28,509 nt of DNA from a bacterium. GTDB taxonomy: Bacteria; JAMCPX01. This document shows, piece after piece, positions 26,896 to 28,509 of the stretch. Numbering within the stretch: position 1 is the stretch's first letter; each line of letters starts with the position of its first letter. The stretch lies in contig JBBIVV010000028.1 of assembly GCA_037439545.1 (NCBI GenBank), positions 1 through 28,509 on the forward strand. Direction: 5' to 3'. Both the position numbers and the translations under genes were made by a program. The notes beneath the pieces were generated by a model. It was not told where the DNA came from and did no database searches. It was given only the letters and a program-made list of their open reading frames with translations.

Positions 26896-28179
26896 ATGCT
26901 TGACATAAGATTATTAAGAGAGAACAGGAAATTTCTCGAAGATGCCCTTGCCAAAAGGGGCATGAATATTTCCTTGAAAACCTTTTACGACAAAGACGGC
27001 AAAAGGCTCGAACTGCTGAAGCACGTTGAAGAGCTGAAACATAAAAGAAATCTTATCTCAAAAGATATAGGCGCCAAAAAATCAAAGTCAGAGGATGCGG
27101 ACGTGCTTTTACAGGAAGTAAAATCGATGGGTATGGAGATAGACGATCTCAATAATTCTCTGAATACGATTGAAAATGAACTCAATGATTTCGCTTTGAC
27201 TATACCCAACATACCTCATTCTTCTGTAGTCTATGGCAAGAACAGTGAAGATAACCCGGTGGTGAAGACATGGGGCGTGAAAAAGGAATTTTCTTTTACC
27301 CCTTATACACACGATGAGATCGCCCAGAGTCTGGGTATCATTGATTTTGAAAGGGGAGCGAAGGTTGCACAATCCGGTTTCTCAATTTCTATGGGGTATG
27401 GTGCATTGCTTGAAAGGGCACTCATTAATTTCTATCTTGATGTCCATACAAAAGAACAGGGCTATATTGAATTGTGTATACCTTTCGTAGTCAACAATAA
27501 CAGTATGACCGGTACCGGGCAGCTCCCGAAATTCAAGGATGACCTGTATAAGATCCAGGACGAAGAGCTTTACCTCATACCGACATCAGAGGTCCCGGTC
27601 ACGAATATCCATGCAAAAGAGATACTCGAGAAGGCTTCACTGCCGATATACTATACGGCATACTCGCCTTGTTTCAGGAGAGAAGCCGGTTCTTACGGCA
27701 AGGACACAAAAGGACTTATAAGACAGCACCAGTTCAATAAGGTCGAACTGGTCAAGCTCGTAGAGCCGCAATCTTCCTACAATGAGCTCGAATCTTTATT
27801 GCTGGATGCAGAAGAGATGCTCAAAAGACTTGGGCTGCATTACAGGGTAGTCAGTTTATGCTCCGGAGACCTGGGTTTTTCAGCAGCGAAAACCTATGAC
27901 ATAGAGGTATGGCTCCCCGGACAGAATGCATACAGGGAAATATCGTCGTGCAGTAATTTTGAAGAATTTCAGGCAAGAAGGGCGGGCATTAAATACAGGA
28001 CTGCCAAGGGAGAAAAACCCGTTTATGTACATACGCTGAACGGTTCAGGGCTTGCTATCGGAAGGACGGTCGTTGCCATACTTGAAAACTATCAGCAGGA
28101 CGACCAGAGCGTTGACATACCCGAAGTCTTGCGTCCTTATATGAATGGTGTTACGGTTTTGAAACCGGTAATGAAGTAA
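26896..28179 (+). CDS. serS: Serine--tRNA ligase
   Basis: N-terminal coiled arm, [51 protein letters not shown]. Confidence 0.98.
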   Translation: MLDIRLLRENRKFLEDALAKRGMNISLKTFYDKDGKRLELLKHVEELKHKRNLISKDIGAKKSKSEDADVLLQEVKSMGMEIDDLNNSLNTIENELNDFALTIPNIPHSSVVYGKNSEDNPVVKTWGVKKEFSFTPYTHDEIAQSLGIIDFERGAKVAQSGFSISMGYGALLERALINFYLDVHTKEQGYIELCIPFVVNNNSMTGTGQLPKFKDDLYKIQDEELYLIPTSEVPVTNIHAKEILEKASLPIYYTAYSPCFRREAGSYGKDTKGLIRQHQFNKVELVKLVEPQSSYNELESLLLDAEEMLKRLGLHYRVVSLCSGDLGFSAAKTYDIEVWLPGQNAYREISSCSNFEEFQARRAGIKYRTAKGEKPVYVHTLNGSGLAIGRTVVAILENYQQDDQSVDIPEVLRPYMNGVTVLKPVMK

Positions 28180-28343
28180 GAACGCGACCATTCGAAAGAA
28201 GAAGAACGGACGTATGATTTTAGTTTTCCTCTTAAGATAAGGGTACGGAAGGGGGGTATGAAATGGTAACTTCTCTTCAAGTCCCGTTTTGATATGTCAT
28301 TCCTATTCTGTGAGGGGAATAGCGGAAAAGCATACGTATTATT

Positions 28344-28430
28344 GGAGAGGTGGCCGAGTGGCTGAAGGCAACCGCCTGCTAAGCGGTTTTCGCCGAAAGG
28401 CGAACGTGAGTTCGAATCTCACCCTCTCCG
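28344..28430 (+). tRNA. tRNA-Ser (anticodon GCT), CCA not encoded
   Basis: Acceptor GGAGAGG/CCTCTCC with G discriminator; anticodon arm ACCGC-CTGCTAA-GCGGT (GCT at 28378-28380); long variable arm TTCGCC-GAAA-GGCGAA; T arm GTGAG-TTCGAAT-CTCAC. Confidence 0.98.
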
Positions 28431-28509
28431 TATTTTACAAGGTTCTGATTTATAAGGCTGAGTGTCTACAAACCCGCATGAATAAAGGCTTTGCTCCAGA
28501 TTGTTTATG

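Noticed and set aside
26896..28430. serS next to tRNA-Ser as a novelty, or a selenocysteine tRNA
   Set aside because: Common arrangement; anticodon GCT and a 7-bp acceptor stem indicate an ordinary tRNA-Ser.

Overview
Gene-dense bacterial chromosomal window. Gene order and families suggest a deltaproteobacterial-type lineage (inference). Minus-strand housekeeping run: hypothetical (MXAN_5187 C-terminal-like), tsaE, lysC, cimA, hisS (hisS runs off the left edge and is absent from the ORF track). Plus strand: HU, GAF sensor kinase, REC-GAF-HD-GYP phosphodiesterase, S58/P1 peptidase, HEAT-repeat protein, alaC-hom-thrC. Then a minus-strand cell-envelope module (beta-barrel, ECF sigma, anti-sigma, small exported protein, DUF3106-like repeat protein), yggT, a GT-C-like membrane protein with TPRs, three beta-propeller lipoproteins, mazG, serS and tRNA-Ser(GCT). 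Best leads: (1) a translationally coupled ECF operon whose small exported protein copies the anti-sigma's His/Met-rich hexad-repeat tail (possible decoy); (2) palindromic repeats in two spacers that are spanned end to end by coupled ORFs, and one fused into a signal peptide; (3) a GT-C/TPR protein beside an IPT + 18-blade surface lipoprotein; (4) a strong SD with no canonical start in front of the kinase; (5) an internal SD-ATG in lysC. All calls come from reading the sequence; no database searches were run.
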